Below, piece by piece: positions 29,731-39,577 of a stretch of DNA of 64,000 bases (position 1 is the stretch's first letter; each line of letters starts with the position of its first letter). Under the pieces are notes generated by a model, which did no database searches, was not told where the DNA came from, and worked only from the letters and a program-made list of their open reading frames with translations. The position numbers and the translations under genes are program-made. This DNA comes from an uncultured euryarchaeote (GTDB lineage Archaea > Thermoplasmatota > Poseidoniia > Poseidoniales > Poseidoniaceae): assembly GCA_937892945.1 (NCBI GenBank), contig CALBIL010000039.1:89125-153124 (forward strand), written 5' to 3'.

Positions 29731-30984
29731 TCAGTACCCCCTCACTTGCATCAATGCTTGTGACAAATCCATGTCCGGCATCCAATCAATGACCATTGCA
29801 CCAGAGCCAGCTAATGTTGTCAATCGGTTTTGGCGTTCAAGTTTGAGAACTTCATAGGACATACGAGGTATACGACTTACTAAACGTTCAAAATCAATAC
29901 TTGAAGGCGAGAGAACAGTTACTTCGTGACCACGCCCAACAAGATCTCGTACGGCTGCAGGCACCGTTCCATCTCCTTCACAAGAAGAGATGATGAACAC
30001 TGGACTTCCTCTACTAAAACGACCGCTGAGGGAATTCGTTACAGCTTGTAATGGCATCTTTCCTTTTGGAGATACGCCAGCAAGTGCACTGAGGATTTTG
30101 AAATATTGTTTGTCACCAGTATCTGGCGGGAGGTACGAAAGACTGTCATCAAATATGGCTAAAGCCACCGAATCACGCCGTTTGAGGAAGAAAGCTGCAA
30201 GACTCGCTGCTGAGACGGTTCCCATTTCAAGTGGATTTTTGAGTACCGTTCCAATACGTGCAATGTCTCGACTGTCCAAGAGGATATACAAGTCCGTTAC
30301 CGCATCACGACATTTTTCGTTCACCATCAACTCACCAGTTCGAGCATATGCTTTCCAATTGATGTTCTTGAATGGGTCGCCTGGGACATATTCTCGGAGC
30401 GAGTAAAACTCTGAACCTTGACCAGGTGTTCTCAAAGTTGTAGCACCAGTATACATTTTCGGAGTTCGAGACCGAAGGAATGCTTCCTCAACTTCTTTGA
30501 TTTGTGGGAAGATAACGATATCACTATGGTGGTCGACATACATTTCATCGACGCCAAGATTGAATGTATTTCGTGAGCGAAGTGAAACTGGCCCAATGGA
30601 ATAATGTCCTCTCAAAGGGCAGCGCAGGACATATCGAATCCGCGCACTTTCCCCCGGGCGTAGATTCAAACGCATTTGATTGAGCCCACTCCGTAGTTTC
30701 ATTTCGTGAGGGATATTGTCGTAGACTTCCAAGAGTTGGGTATTTCGATTTGAACGGTTCGTGACCAAGAGTTCAACATACAAATCATCACCCTTGTAGA
30801 GATTATCTGCTGAAAGAGTTCTCTGAACTTCAACATCACCATGGCCAGAGATCCAAGAATTGACGACGATAAATGCAATGAACGCAATTCCAAGAATCAT
30901 CATTTGCAGATTTGCAATCATCATGCCGATAAGAATCAGCGCGATACCACCTGTGAATGTGAATGAAGCCTTACGTGTCCACAT
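29731..30984 (-). CDS. DUF58 (vWA-like) domain protein
   Basis: EFYSLREYVPGDPFKNINWKAYAR signature; N-terminal TM; RGHYSIGPV. Confidence 0.9.
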   Translation of the reverse strand: MWTRKASFTFTGGIALILIGMMIANLQMMILGIAFIAFIVVNSWISGHGDVEVQRTLSADNLYKGDDLYVELLVTNRSNRNTQLLEVYDNIPHEMKLRSGLNQMRLNLRPGESARIRYVLRCPLRGHYSIGPVSLRSRNTFNLGVDEMYVDHHSDIVIFPQIKEVEEAFLRSRTPKMYTGATTLRTPGQGSEFYSLREYVPGDPFKNINWKAYARTGELMVNEKCRDAVTDLYILLDSRDIARIGTVLKNPLEMGTVSAASLAAFFLKRRDSVALAIFDDSLSYLPPDTGDKQYFKILSALAGVSPKGKMPLQAVTNSLSGRFSRGSPVFIISSCEGDGTVPAAVRDLVGRGHEVTVLSPSSIDFERLVSRIPRMSYEVLKLERQNRLTTLAGSGAMVIDWMPDMDLSQALMQVRGY

Positions 30985-30993
30985 AGTCTCACC

Positions 30994-32628
30994 TCAGGTG
31001 CGTCCCCACGCTTTGATTCGTTTGACGACTGCCACCGTCTGCTCGAGTGAATATTTGGTTGGTTCAATTGCGAACTTTGCCAACACCGGGTCGTTGATGA
31101 GAGATACTAACTCTCGAGCAGGCATTGCATGGAATTCTTCACGGCTCAAACCATTTTGGTTTCGAACTTTAGAGAGGAATACTTGTCGGATTTTATCGGT
31201 TTTAGCGTAGTATGTGTACCGGTTCGCATCTCCAAAGCCATAGTAAATGATACTAAACACGTGACGCCATGGTTCCGGGTCTCGCTTCTTGATGAGAACT
31301 GCTTCAAAGGCAATAAAGAGTACGAGGAAGAGCAACATCATGGCTAATCCTTCGCCAGTGAAATAGACCAAAAGAAAGTAAACAGTATTGTAAGAATCTG
31401 CTAATAAGGCATTTTGGGGGTGACGAGATTCATCAAAAATTACCATGGCATTTTCTGCGGGTTGTCCTTCTTCACCGATATTCGTTGACATTAGGGCTTC
31501 AGCAATGAAATCCATTGCCCATTTCCGATTATCATTTGCAGGTATACATTTCTCATTGCTTGTGACGCAATCATTCGTCCCATACAAAGGGTCGTTTGGG
31601 TCGTTGAAACCTTCATAGTCGTAAATGGCATTAATCAGAGCAGAACCATCAGCCATGAACACAATACGGCCACCTTCATCGGGGTCGCAAGATTTTTGTG
31701 CACATGCTTCGATGCTCAAATTAAATTGGCCCCACAAATCGGGAGTTTCAGAAGTTTGTTCATTTCCTACCCAGATCTCTCCATCTCCATTGACATCGAC
31801 GGTTGCTTCATTACTGGTCACAGCTCGAATAGAAACTTCAGAAAGAGCACCGCTTACACCAGGGATGAGTTCCAAGGCAGTGATATTGTTCAGCAGTAAC
31901 TGGTATGTTGCGTTATACTGGATTTCACCATTCACCCAGTGCTGGGAGCACAAACCAGCATCTTCGAGAGGCATGGCTCTTCCGTTCAATGCTCTACAAG
32001 GGTGAGCGCCTTCGCCATTTATTCCACTCCAACGGTCATGGACAGAGAGGGTTGCAGGGTCGACACTACTCCCGTTCATTCCACAAGGTGTCGCTTGCAT
32101 ACACATCCAAATATAGTTGTAATCGAGTTCTTCGACATAGGTTGTATCGTAAAGTTGGTAACCAGTGTAACGCACACCATAGGCTTGAGCGATACTTCCA
32201 GCAAATCCATAATCATCAAGAACCAGAGCAGTACCTCCTGCATCAACAAACTCGACGATTGCATCAATTTCCGAAGGAGAGTAACCGTCTTCTGCTGCAA
32301 TGGTGATGAACCCATCACTGTCAAATTGAGGGAGTGAAAGTGTATCGCGTTCTACGCCAGCAAGAATGTAAGTTGTATTACGAGGGTCTTCTATATCTGC
32401 TAGCAAGAGTGGGCTGCTCACCAATGAACTTGTTTTGATGCCCATGTCTTTGATGTCTTGTCGAAATGCTGACATGTCATTCCAATCATCATCGTAAGCC
32501 GACAATTGGTTAGTATTGGACAGATTCACAAAGTTAAGCAAAATACTCGTTAGCAAAAGAAACATTACGATCCAGAACGCGGCTTGTAGGCCGATTCTTC
32601 GGTAATTGAGGTTTGCGTTGTCGAGCAT
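30994..32628 (-). CDS. DUF4350-like membrane-anchored extracellular protein
   Basis: N-terminal TM, SAY..DWNDMS, EFVDAGGTALV, GRIVFMADGS.LIN, IFDESRH and a C-terminal TM. Confidence 0.7.
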   Translation of the reverse strand: MLDNANLNYRRIGLQAAFWIVMFLLLTSILLNFVNLSNTNQLSAYDDDWNDMSAFRQDIKDMGIKTSSLVSSPLLLADIEDPRNTTYILAGVERDTLSLPQFDSDGFITIAAEDGYSPSEIDAIVEFVDAGGTALVLDDYGFAGSIAQAYGVRYTGYQLYDTTYVEELDYNYIWMCMQATPCGMNGSSVDPATLSVHDRWSGINGEGAHPCRALNGRAMPLEDAGLCSQHWVNGEIQYNATYQLLLNNITALELIPGVSGALSEVSIRAVTSNEATVDVNGDGEIWVGNEQTSETPDLWGQFNLSIEACAQKSCDPDEGGRIVFMADGSALINAIYDYEGFNDPNDPLYGTNDCVTSNEKCIPANDNRKWAMDFIAEALMSTNIGEEGQPAENAMVIFDESRHPQNALLADSYNTVYFLLVYFTGEGLAMMLLFLVLFIAFEAVLIKKRDPEPWRHVFSIIYYGFGDANRYTYYAKTDKIRQVFLSKVRNQNGLSREEFHAMPARELVSLINDPVLAKFAIEPTKYSLEQTVAVVKRIKAWGRT

Positions 32629-32753
32629 GAGGTCACCTTCTAGAGCACTGTTCCGACATACCCACGAGTTCCATTGGGTTTAGAAGGTTGTTATTTGATG
32701 GAAGGGAGATGCTCATTCAATGTGCCAATAAATCCGCGTAAAACAGTGCCTTA

Positions 32754-32993
32754 TTAGCGTTTCAAATGAACTTTTGAAGCAATACGAGCAACCTCATCAA
32801 CCGGGATTTCCATCATCCCGTCAACCATCTCCCAAGGAAGTGCAGACGGGTCAATATTTTCTTCGATCTTAACTCGAATTCCTGAGATTGAACCCGATTG
32901 TTTATCAAATATAATATCGCTAAGGATTCCGAGAAGTTGACTGTGTGAATCAATGACTTCACGGTCGATGATTTCACGTGCAAAGACAGCCAT
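32754..32993 (-). CDS. PRC-barrel domain protein
   Basis: 79 aa; IIDREVIDSHSQLLGILSDIIFD..SG.I PRC-barrel pattern. Confidence 0.85.
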   Translation of the reverse strand: MAVFAREIIDREVIDSHSQLLGILSDIIFDKQSGSISGIRVKIEENIDPSALPWEMVDGMMEIPVDEVARIASKVHLKR

Positions 32994-33063
32994 ACAAATC
33001 ACTCCCAGTAACAGGTCAACCACATCGATGCAGCACATCAATGCGTCGATTCAAGAAACCGCC

Positions 33064-35289
33064 TCACATTGACTCCATGCCATATCCAGTATCTCGGTCT
33101 CGTTTGATATTGGAGAGGCCAGATGTCAACAAAGTTTCCATCTTTTGATAGTAAGTGAGCATTTCTGCAGTTACTGTCGGGCGAACACGCTTGACGGCTT
33201 CTTCGAAATGTGACTTGGTGACTTTCTTCTTGTTTGCTCGCATACAAATGAGTGCAGCTTCTCGGCATACTGCTTCAATATCAGCACCTGTGAATCCGTC
33301 GAGTCCGACCATAATATCCTTGAGTGAAAATTTCGATAATGGCATACCTTCACTGTGAATCTTGAAAATCGTTTCACGTGCTCCTGCATCTGGGGGAGGA
33401 ACGTGAAGAACTCGTTCAAATCGACCGCTGCGCATGAGAGCAGGGTCCAACATTTCGGGGCGATTGGTCGCAGCGACAACGATGACGCCATCGAGCGATT
33501 CTACACCATCCATGCTAGCGAGCAATTGATTGACGACTCGGTTACCAACATCACTGCCTTCTGTTCCAGATGAAGAACGCCGACCGGCAATAGATTCGAA
33601 TTCATCCAAGAAGATGATGGCAGGTGCTGATTGTTTTGCTTTCTTGAATATTTCACGAATGCCACGTTCCGATTCGCCAACCCATTTCGAAATCATCTCC
33701 GGGCCTTTTATACTAATGAAATTGGCCTGAGCTTCGTTAGCAATTGCTTTGGCAAGTAATGTCTTTCCAGTCCCCGGTGCTCCGAACAGAACAATTCCAC
33801 GCGGAGGCTTTATGCCAAAGTGTTCAAACAACTCTGGTTTTGTAAGTGGCCATTCAACGGATTCCTTTAGACGATCTTTGACTTCTTCTAATCCTCCAAC
33901 TTCATCCCAAGTGACTTTAGGTATCTCAACATAAATCTCCCTCAATGCGGAAGGTTCGATGTCCTTAATCGCTTCACGGAAATCATCCATACGTACTTCC
34001 ATCTTTTCGAGAACTTCCGGAGGTACAGTCTCTTCTTCCAAATCTATTTCAGGGAGATAACGGCGCAAAGCCTTCATTGCGGATTCACGTACCAGAGCAG
34101 CTAAATCAGCCCCTACAAATCCATAGGTGTTGTCGAGTACCCAATCAATTTCAAAGTCATCAGAAATTGGCATTTGACGAGTGTGCACATCCATGATTTC
34201 ATTGCGTCCATCACGGTCAGGGACTCCAATTTCAATTTCACGGTCAAAGCGACCAGGTCGACGCAGTGCAGGATCGAGAGCATCTCTGCGATTGGTTGCA
34301 CCGATGACGACAACATTGTCTCGCCCTTCCATGCCGTCCATGAGTGTAAGCATTTGAGCGACAACTCTTCGTTCAACTTCTCCACTCACTTCCTCACGCT
34401 TAGGGCAAATAGAGTCAATTTCGTCAATAAATATGATTGCAGGGGCATTTTCTGCTGCTTCATCAAAAATTTCTCGAAGTTGTTTTTCGGATTCTCCATA
34501 GTATTTGGAGATGATTTCGGGACCGTTAATACTCTTGAAATGGGCATTGACTTCTGTAGCTACTGCTTTGGCAATCATTGTTTTACCCGTTCCAGGTGGG
34601 CCGTGAAGAAGAACTCCCTTTGGCGGATCAATACCGAGTCGACGGAATAATTCTGGATGTTTGAGGGGGAGTTCAATCATCTCACGTACTTTTTGTAATT
34701 GTTGTCCGATTCCACCGATGTCTTCGTAGGTAATACCTTCAGTTTGACCGGCATCGACATCGTCCACAGCTTCGTCTTTGATGACGATATCCGTATCGTT
34801 CGTGACTTTTACAATTCCTTTTGGCGTGGTTTGAATCACGGCAAACGGTAAGGCCTCTGCAAACAAGGTCATACCTGGGATGAAAATTCTATCTCCTTGA
34901 ACAACTGGGCGCTTTGAAAGCCCCCGTCGAGCAAACCCTTCTATGCCAGGACCGAACTTGACTTTCTGTTTGTTGGCCATGACTGGGGAAAGGATGAGTT
35001 TGGTACATTCCTTTGCATCAACTTTGCTTACAGTCACACGGTCGCCAAGACTTACACCTGCATTTTTACGAATAATACCGTCGACGCGAATGATTTCCAT
35101 CTTGGCATCTTCAGGCCGGCTGCGCCAATAAATAGCAGCAGTCGAGCGCTTTTCACCCTTGATTTCAACAATATCTCCGGGTTTCAATCCGAGATCATTT
35201 TCCCCTGAAATCCGGGCTCTACCATGACCTACATCAGACGGAATAGCTTTCGAGACACGCAACGACATTGTTTTTTGATCTTTCGCCAT
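33064..35289 (-). CDS. cdc48: CDC48/VCP family AAA+ ATPase
   Basis: N-domain plus two AAA modules ([21 protein letters not shown] and [21 protein letters not shown]). Confidence 0.95.
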   Translation of the reverse strand: MAKDQKTMSLRVSKAIPSDVGHGRARISGENDLGLKPGDIVEIKGEKRSTAAIYWRSRPEDAKMEIIRVDGIIRKNAGVSLGDRVTVSKVDAKECTKLILSPVMANKQKVKFGPGIEGFARRGLSKRPVVQGDRIFIPGMTLFAEALPFAVIQTTPKGIVKVTNDTDIVIKDEAVDDVDAGQTEGITYEDIGGIGQQLQKVREMIELPLKHPELFRRLGIDPPKGVLLHGPPGTGKTMIAKAVATEVNAHFKSINGPEIISKYYGESEKQLREIFDEAAENAPAIIFIDEIDSICPKREEVSGEVERRVVAQMLTLMDGMEGRDNVVVIGATNRRDALDPALRRPGRFDREIEIGVPDRDGRNEIMDVHTRQMPISDDFEIDWVLDNTYGFVGADLAALVRESAMKALRRYLPEIDLEEETVPPEVLEKMEVRMDDFREAIKDIEPSALREIYVEIPKVTWDEVGGLEEVKDRLKESVEWPLTKPELFEHFGIKPPRGIVLFGAPGTGKTLLAKAIANEAQANFISIKGPEMISKWVGESERGIREIFKKAKQSAPAIIFLDEFESIAGRRSSSGTEGSDVGNRVVNQLLASMDGVESLDGVIVVAATNRPEMLDPALMRSGRFERVLHVPPPDAGARETIFKIHSEGMPLSKFSLKDIMVGLDGFTGADIEAVCREAALICMRANKKKVTKSHFEEAVKRVRPTVTAEMLTYYQKMETLLTSGLSNIKRDRDTGYGMESM

Positions 35290-35467
35290 ATTTTCACTTC
35301 CATTGTTGAACTGTCGAGCCTATTTAATGGTGGCCAGACCGCCTCTTCTCTGTTCGTTTCCGCCGGCCCCCTTTTAACCTTAAGATAAAAAACGATGGTA
35401 ATTCTTGAGAATTTTTCCGTTTGAATCTTTCCATCAATTTCAAGAAGGGCGTTCCATTGGACCTGAT

Positions 35468-37096
35468 ATGGTTCACGTTCTTGAAACAGGTCTCGAATTC
35501 TTAGAAATAGAAAATCCAAATGGTAAACCTTCCGTAAAAGGTTACAATATTATCAACGGTCAAATGAGTTTAGCCAGTGATGGTGCTACCTTTACTTCCA
35601 TTAATCCAGCGATTCTCAACGATACACTCGGTGAATTCCCTCTCTCAACCCGAGACGATGTTCATACTGCTTTGGATGCCGCACATGCTGCTTTCCCTTC
35701 TTGGGCAGCTACACCTGCGCCGACCCGTGGACAAATCATCGGTAACATGGGCCGTTTGCTCATGGATCACAAAGATGCAATTGTGGCGCTCGAAACACGT
35801 GAAATTGGTAAAACTCTGAAAGAATCAGCAGGTTCGGTCCAGGAAGCAATTGATACCTGTTTGTTTTTCCAATCTGAAGGCCGACGTCTTTACGGACAAA
35901 CCGTGAACTCAGAATTACCGGATAAAGAATTGTTCACCTACCGCCGTCCTCTTGGGGTTTGTGGAATTATCAATGCTTGTAACTTCCCAGCCGCTGTGCC
36001 TTTTTGGAAAATGATTCCAGCGATTATGTGTGGGAACACATGTGTTTGGAAGAGTCCTCAAGATGCACCACTCCTCTCCTTTGCTCTGGCTCGTATTATG
36101 CACGAAGCAGGATTGCCAGATGGTGTCATCAATTTGGTTCACGGTAAAGGCAGTGGCGCTGGCCAATTTTTAGTCGATGCTGTCGATGAAGGCCGAGTGA
36201 ACAAGATTTCCTTCACAGGTTCTACCGAAGTTGGAAAGATGATTGGAGAAGTTTGCGGAAGGAATTTAGTCTCATGTTCTCTTGAACTCGGTGGTAAGAA
36301 TCCATTGGTTGTTATGCCAAGCGCAGATCTCGACAACGCAGTAGAAGGCGCCTATTGGGGTGCTTTTGGAACAGCTGGACAACGATGTACTTCTCTTGGA
36401 AATTTGATTCTTCACAAGGATATCTATGACGAGTTCATGACCAAGTTCATGGCAAAAGTCGAATCGACTACTATTGGAGATTCACTTGCTCACGATGGCG
36501 TCTTGTATGGACCAATGTTGTCTGAAAAGTATGCAAAAGATTTCCTCAAAGGTGTTGAAATGTGTAACGCATCAGGTGCTAAGCAAATCTTTGGACAAGG
36601 TCGCATTACCAGTGACAACAAACCCGCAAACTTCCTCGGAACTGCTGAAGATGGCGTCTTCATGTGGCCTCACGTGTTCACCGAAGTCACCGAAGGCATG
36701 GAATGTTTCAATGAAGAGGTCTTTGGCCCAGCAGTGACAATCTGTAAGGCGAATGATTTCGAACATGCACTTCACCTTGCCAATGCAAGCCCTTACGGTT
36801 TGTCTTCAGCAATCTATACCAATGACCGATTGGAAGCCTACCGTTACAAAACCGGAATCAAGGCTGGAATGACTGGAATCAATAATTCCACAACCGGAGC
36901 AGAAGCACATTTGCCGTTTGGTGGTGTCAAAGGTTCAGGGAACGGGACACGGGAATCTGGGATTTGGGTAATCGAGGCGTATTCTTATTGGCATGCAGTC
37001 AATGATGAACTCTCTGGGAAACTCCAACTCGCTCAAATGGATGTTGAAGATGTCGAGATGGCCGAAGCTGATGTTGATTGGACTCAATTGGCTTGA
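35468..37096 (+). CDS. Aldehyde dehydrogenase family protein
   Basis: SFTGSTEVG, LELGGKNP, catalytic GQRCT, EEVFGP and PFGGVKGSG motifs. Confidence 0.93.
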   Translation: MVHVLETGLEFLEIENPNGKPSVKGYNIINGQMSLASDGATFTSINPAILNDTLGEFPLSTRDDVHTALDAAHAAFPSWAATPAPTRGQIIGNMGRLLMDHKDAIVALETREIGKTLKESAGSVQEAIDTCLFFQSEGRRLYGQTVNSELPDKELFTYRRPLGVCGIINACNFPAAVPFWKMIPAIMCGNTCVWKSPQDAPLLSFALARIMHEAGLPDGVINLVHGKGSGAGQFLVDAVDEGRVNKISFTGSTEVGKMIGEVCGRNLVSCSLELGGKNPLVVMPSADLDNAVEGAYWGAFGTAGQRCTSLGNLILHKDIYDEFMTKFMAKVESTTIGDSLAHDGVLYGPMLSEKYAKDFLKGVEMCNASGAKQIFGQGRITSDNKPANFLGTAEDGVFMWPHVFTEVTEGMECFNEEVFGPAVTICKANDFEHALHLANASPYGLSSAIYTNDRLEAYRYKTGIKAGMTGINNSTTGAEAHLPFGGVKGSGNGTRESGIWVIEAYSYWHAVNDELSGKLQLAQMDVEDVEMAEADVDWTQLA

Positions 37097-37176
37097 AGTC
37101 ACCTCATTATTGTCTTTGAGAAAAAACCGTAGTTCATATATGAATAGGCGTGAAAAGTATTCGTTGGGTGAATCAT

Positions 37177-38184
37177 ATGCCGTCTATCTTCCTTCTTAGC
37201 GATGAAACTGATTTGAGTTTTGTTGAACATGTGGAACTTGCTTATACTGAATGTGAACACATAGCGAGGAGAGCATCTTCCTCGTTTTTCCGATCTTTCA
37301 GACACCTTCCGGAGTCAAAAAGAAAATCAGTCAATGCACTCTATGCTTTTTGCCGCCGAGTCGATGACATTGTCGATGGTGATTGGTTACCAGATGGAGA
37401 TTTGAGTCATTTGGATTTGTTAACTGAAAAGCATTGTCAAGAATTGCTTGAAGAAAGAACATTTAACGCCTTATACTCGAAAGAGGAACATTTTATTCGT
37501 CTTCGTGCCTTACTTTCATTCCGTGAAAACTTAGATGGTATAGAAGCAGGTGTGAAAATGACAGACCCGGTATTCATGGCTCTCGCAGATACTCTGGATC
37601 GTTATCCAATTGAAATTGTTCATCTTCACGAACTCATCAACGGCATGGAAGACGACTTGTTCGAAACCACCTACGAACGTTTTGAAGATTTACGCCGCTA
37701 TTGCTACCGTGTGGCCTCAACAGTTGGTCTTTGTCTCATCGAAATTTACGGTTACTCTGATCCAAATACTCGCCGTCATGCCGTTGAAATGGGCATATTT
37801 CTTCAACTGGTCAATGTACTCAGAGACATTCAAGAAGATTTGTCCCGCAATCGCATCTACATTCCCTCTGAAGAACTTGCAAAGTTCGATATCAGCCATT
37901 CCGACCTTCACGATTCTTCTCTTGCAGGAACCAAAGCGTGGCAAAATTTCATGCGCCACTATATCGATCACATTCATGCACATCGTAAGAATGCGCTCGG
38001 ACTTTTACCGTTGCTCGATAAAGATGCTCGCCGTTCACCTCGTTTGATGTGCATGGCTTACAATGCAATTTTGGATGAAGCAGTACGACGTAATGGTGAC
38101 GTGTTAAGTCGGCGTTTAACGCTCAATTTTTATCGAAAAATGCAAGTAGCTTTTTCGACACTTCTTTCACCAAATCTTGACTAA
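37177..38184 (+). CDS. crtB: Phytoene/squalene synthase family protein (CrtB-like)
   Basis: YAFCRRVDDIVD, YCYRVASTVG, QLVNVLRDIQED and RIYIP motifs. Confidence 0.85.
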   Translation: MPSIFLLSDETDLSFVEHVELAYTECEHIARRASSSFFRSFRHLPESKRKSVNALYAFCRRVDDIVDGDWLPDGDLSHLDLLTEKHCQELLEERTFNALYSKEEHFIRLRALLSFRENLDGIEAGVKMTDPVFMALADTLDRYPIEIVHLHELINGMEDDLFETTYERFEDLRRYCYRVASTVGLCLIEIYGYSDPNTRRHAVEMGIFLQLVNVLRDIQEDLSRNRIYIPSEELAKFDISHSDLHDSSLAGTKAWQNFMRHYIDHIHAHRKNALGLLPLLDKDARRSPRLMCMAYNAILDEAVRRNGDVLSRRLTLNFYRKMQVAFSTLLSPNLD

Positions 38185-38260
38185 TGTCTAATAAAATCAT
38201 TTTTTTTATAGAACTCATAGGAATCATCAAAAGGGCCGTCTTGCACGAACATTTGATTCT

Positions 38261-39577
38261 ATGGATTCAGCGAACCTTTCTCTTCAAGCCTTGCTTTTCA
38301 TTGGAGTTGTTGCGTATTTGGTGTATAGCATCTTCAAAAGAGCAGAAACAGAGGGGGAAAAGGAAACCGAAATTCCAATCTACAGCCTCATTGCTAATAA
38401 GCGAGAATTGCCGGGGAGAATCAATTCGATTTTTTGCGTATTCGTCGTCTTTTTTATGCTCATTGTTTCAGCGGATTTGCATTGGGCTTGGAAAGATGCA
38501 CAATTTGATTTTGCCGAAGAAGAGAGGGAGCAATGCCGTTCAGTTTCATCACACCAAGCAAGTGATTGTGAATACAATCTAAATGGAATGTATTTTGATA
38601 CAGATGGTCCCACAATGTTCGATGGATATTCATCTGACCATCCATTCATGGCCGATGGACCTTGGATTTGGATAGGCTTTTTTGCTGTAGCATCTTTGTT
38701 ATCACTCGGTCTTTTGGGAAGAGGCTATCGACAAATACGTTCGCTTGAATTACAATTCAATAAAAGAAAAGCCGAAACTGCCCTTATACCAATGCTCGCT
38801 CTCGATCCGCAATGCGTTTCAGAAGGTCGAGTTGATTTACCTATGCCGATTGAACCTCTTTACCCAACCGTTGTAGAACAATTTACATCTCCATTACTCT
38901 TGTTTACCTCAGTTTTAGTGACTTTGGGGACACTAGCTGCTGTTGCATATGAATTATTTGATGGTGGTTTCAAAGATACGTATAAAATATCCACTGACTT
39001 ATTTGATTTACCAATTTTTTACGAATATGTCTTAACTGCTCTCTTAGCGTATTATGCATTCATGGTTGTCTATGTTTGTTACTCCCTCTTTCCATATTTC
39101 GATAGACCAATCTTCGATGAATCCGACTCCCTTTTTACATCCCAAATGACCGGTGTTGCTTCGGTTGAAAATCAAGACGCAGATGATGAACCAATTATTG
39201 AATCAGATGAACCTGCTCGAATGGATGCTGTAATTCAAATCTTAGAGATGGAAATGCAACAAGCACGGCAAGAAACTCAACGTCTGAAAGGTGAACTTGT
39301 AGAAGCTAACAAAAAAGTGGTGGTCTTGAACACTGAACTGGATGAAAAGTCTTCAGAACTTGAAGATATGAAAGTGGTGAAAGAGAAAATGGAGTCGGTC
39401 TTCGAAGAACAATCGCAAAACGATGGAAAAACACTCACAATGGCTGACTCGGTCTTGGTTGGTGATGCACTGTTCGGTTCAACGAAGATAGACCAGCAAA
39501 TAGTTAACGATCCATTAGCCATCGCTCGAGCAGCCATTGAAGCCTATCAGCAAGGAAAGAAAGACGCTGAAAAATGA
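38261..39577 (+). CDS. Membrane protein with C-terminal coiled coil
   Basis: About 5 TMs followed by an E/K-rich heptad segment and a DSVLVGD...IARAAIEAY tail. Confidence 0.7.
   Translation: MDSANLSLQALLFIGVVAYLVYSIFKRAETEGEKETEIPIYSLIANKRELPGRINSIFCVFVVFFMLIVSADLHWAWKDAQFDFAEEEREQCRSVSSHQASDCEYNLNGMYFDTDGPTMFDGYSSDHPFMADGPWIWIGFFAVASLLSLGLLGRGYRQIRSLELQFNKRKAETALIPMLALDPQCVSEGRVDLPMPIEPLYPTVVEQFTSPLLLFTSVLVTLGTLAAVAYELFDGGFKDTYKISTDLFDLPIFYEYVLTALLAYYAFMVVYVCYSLFPYFDRPIFDESDSLFTSQMTGVASVENQDADDEPIIESDEPARMDAVIQILEMEMQQARQETQRLKGELVEANKKVVVLNTELDEKSSELEDMKVVKEKMESVFEEQSQNDGKTLTMADSVLVGDALFGSTKIDQQIVNDPLAIARAAIEAYQQGKKDAEK

Noticed and set aside
33024-33050. Hairpin ATCGATGCA...TGCGTCGAT between cdc48 and the PRC-barrel gene
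   Set aside because: Single modest stem, most simply an mRNA processing or terminator element; not enough evidence to call.
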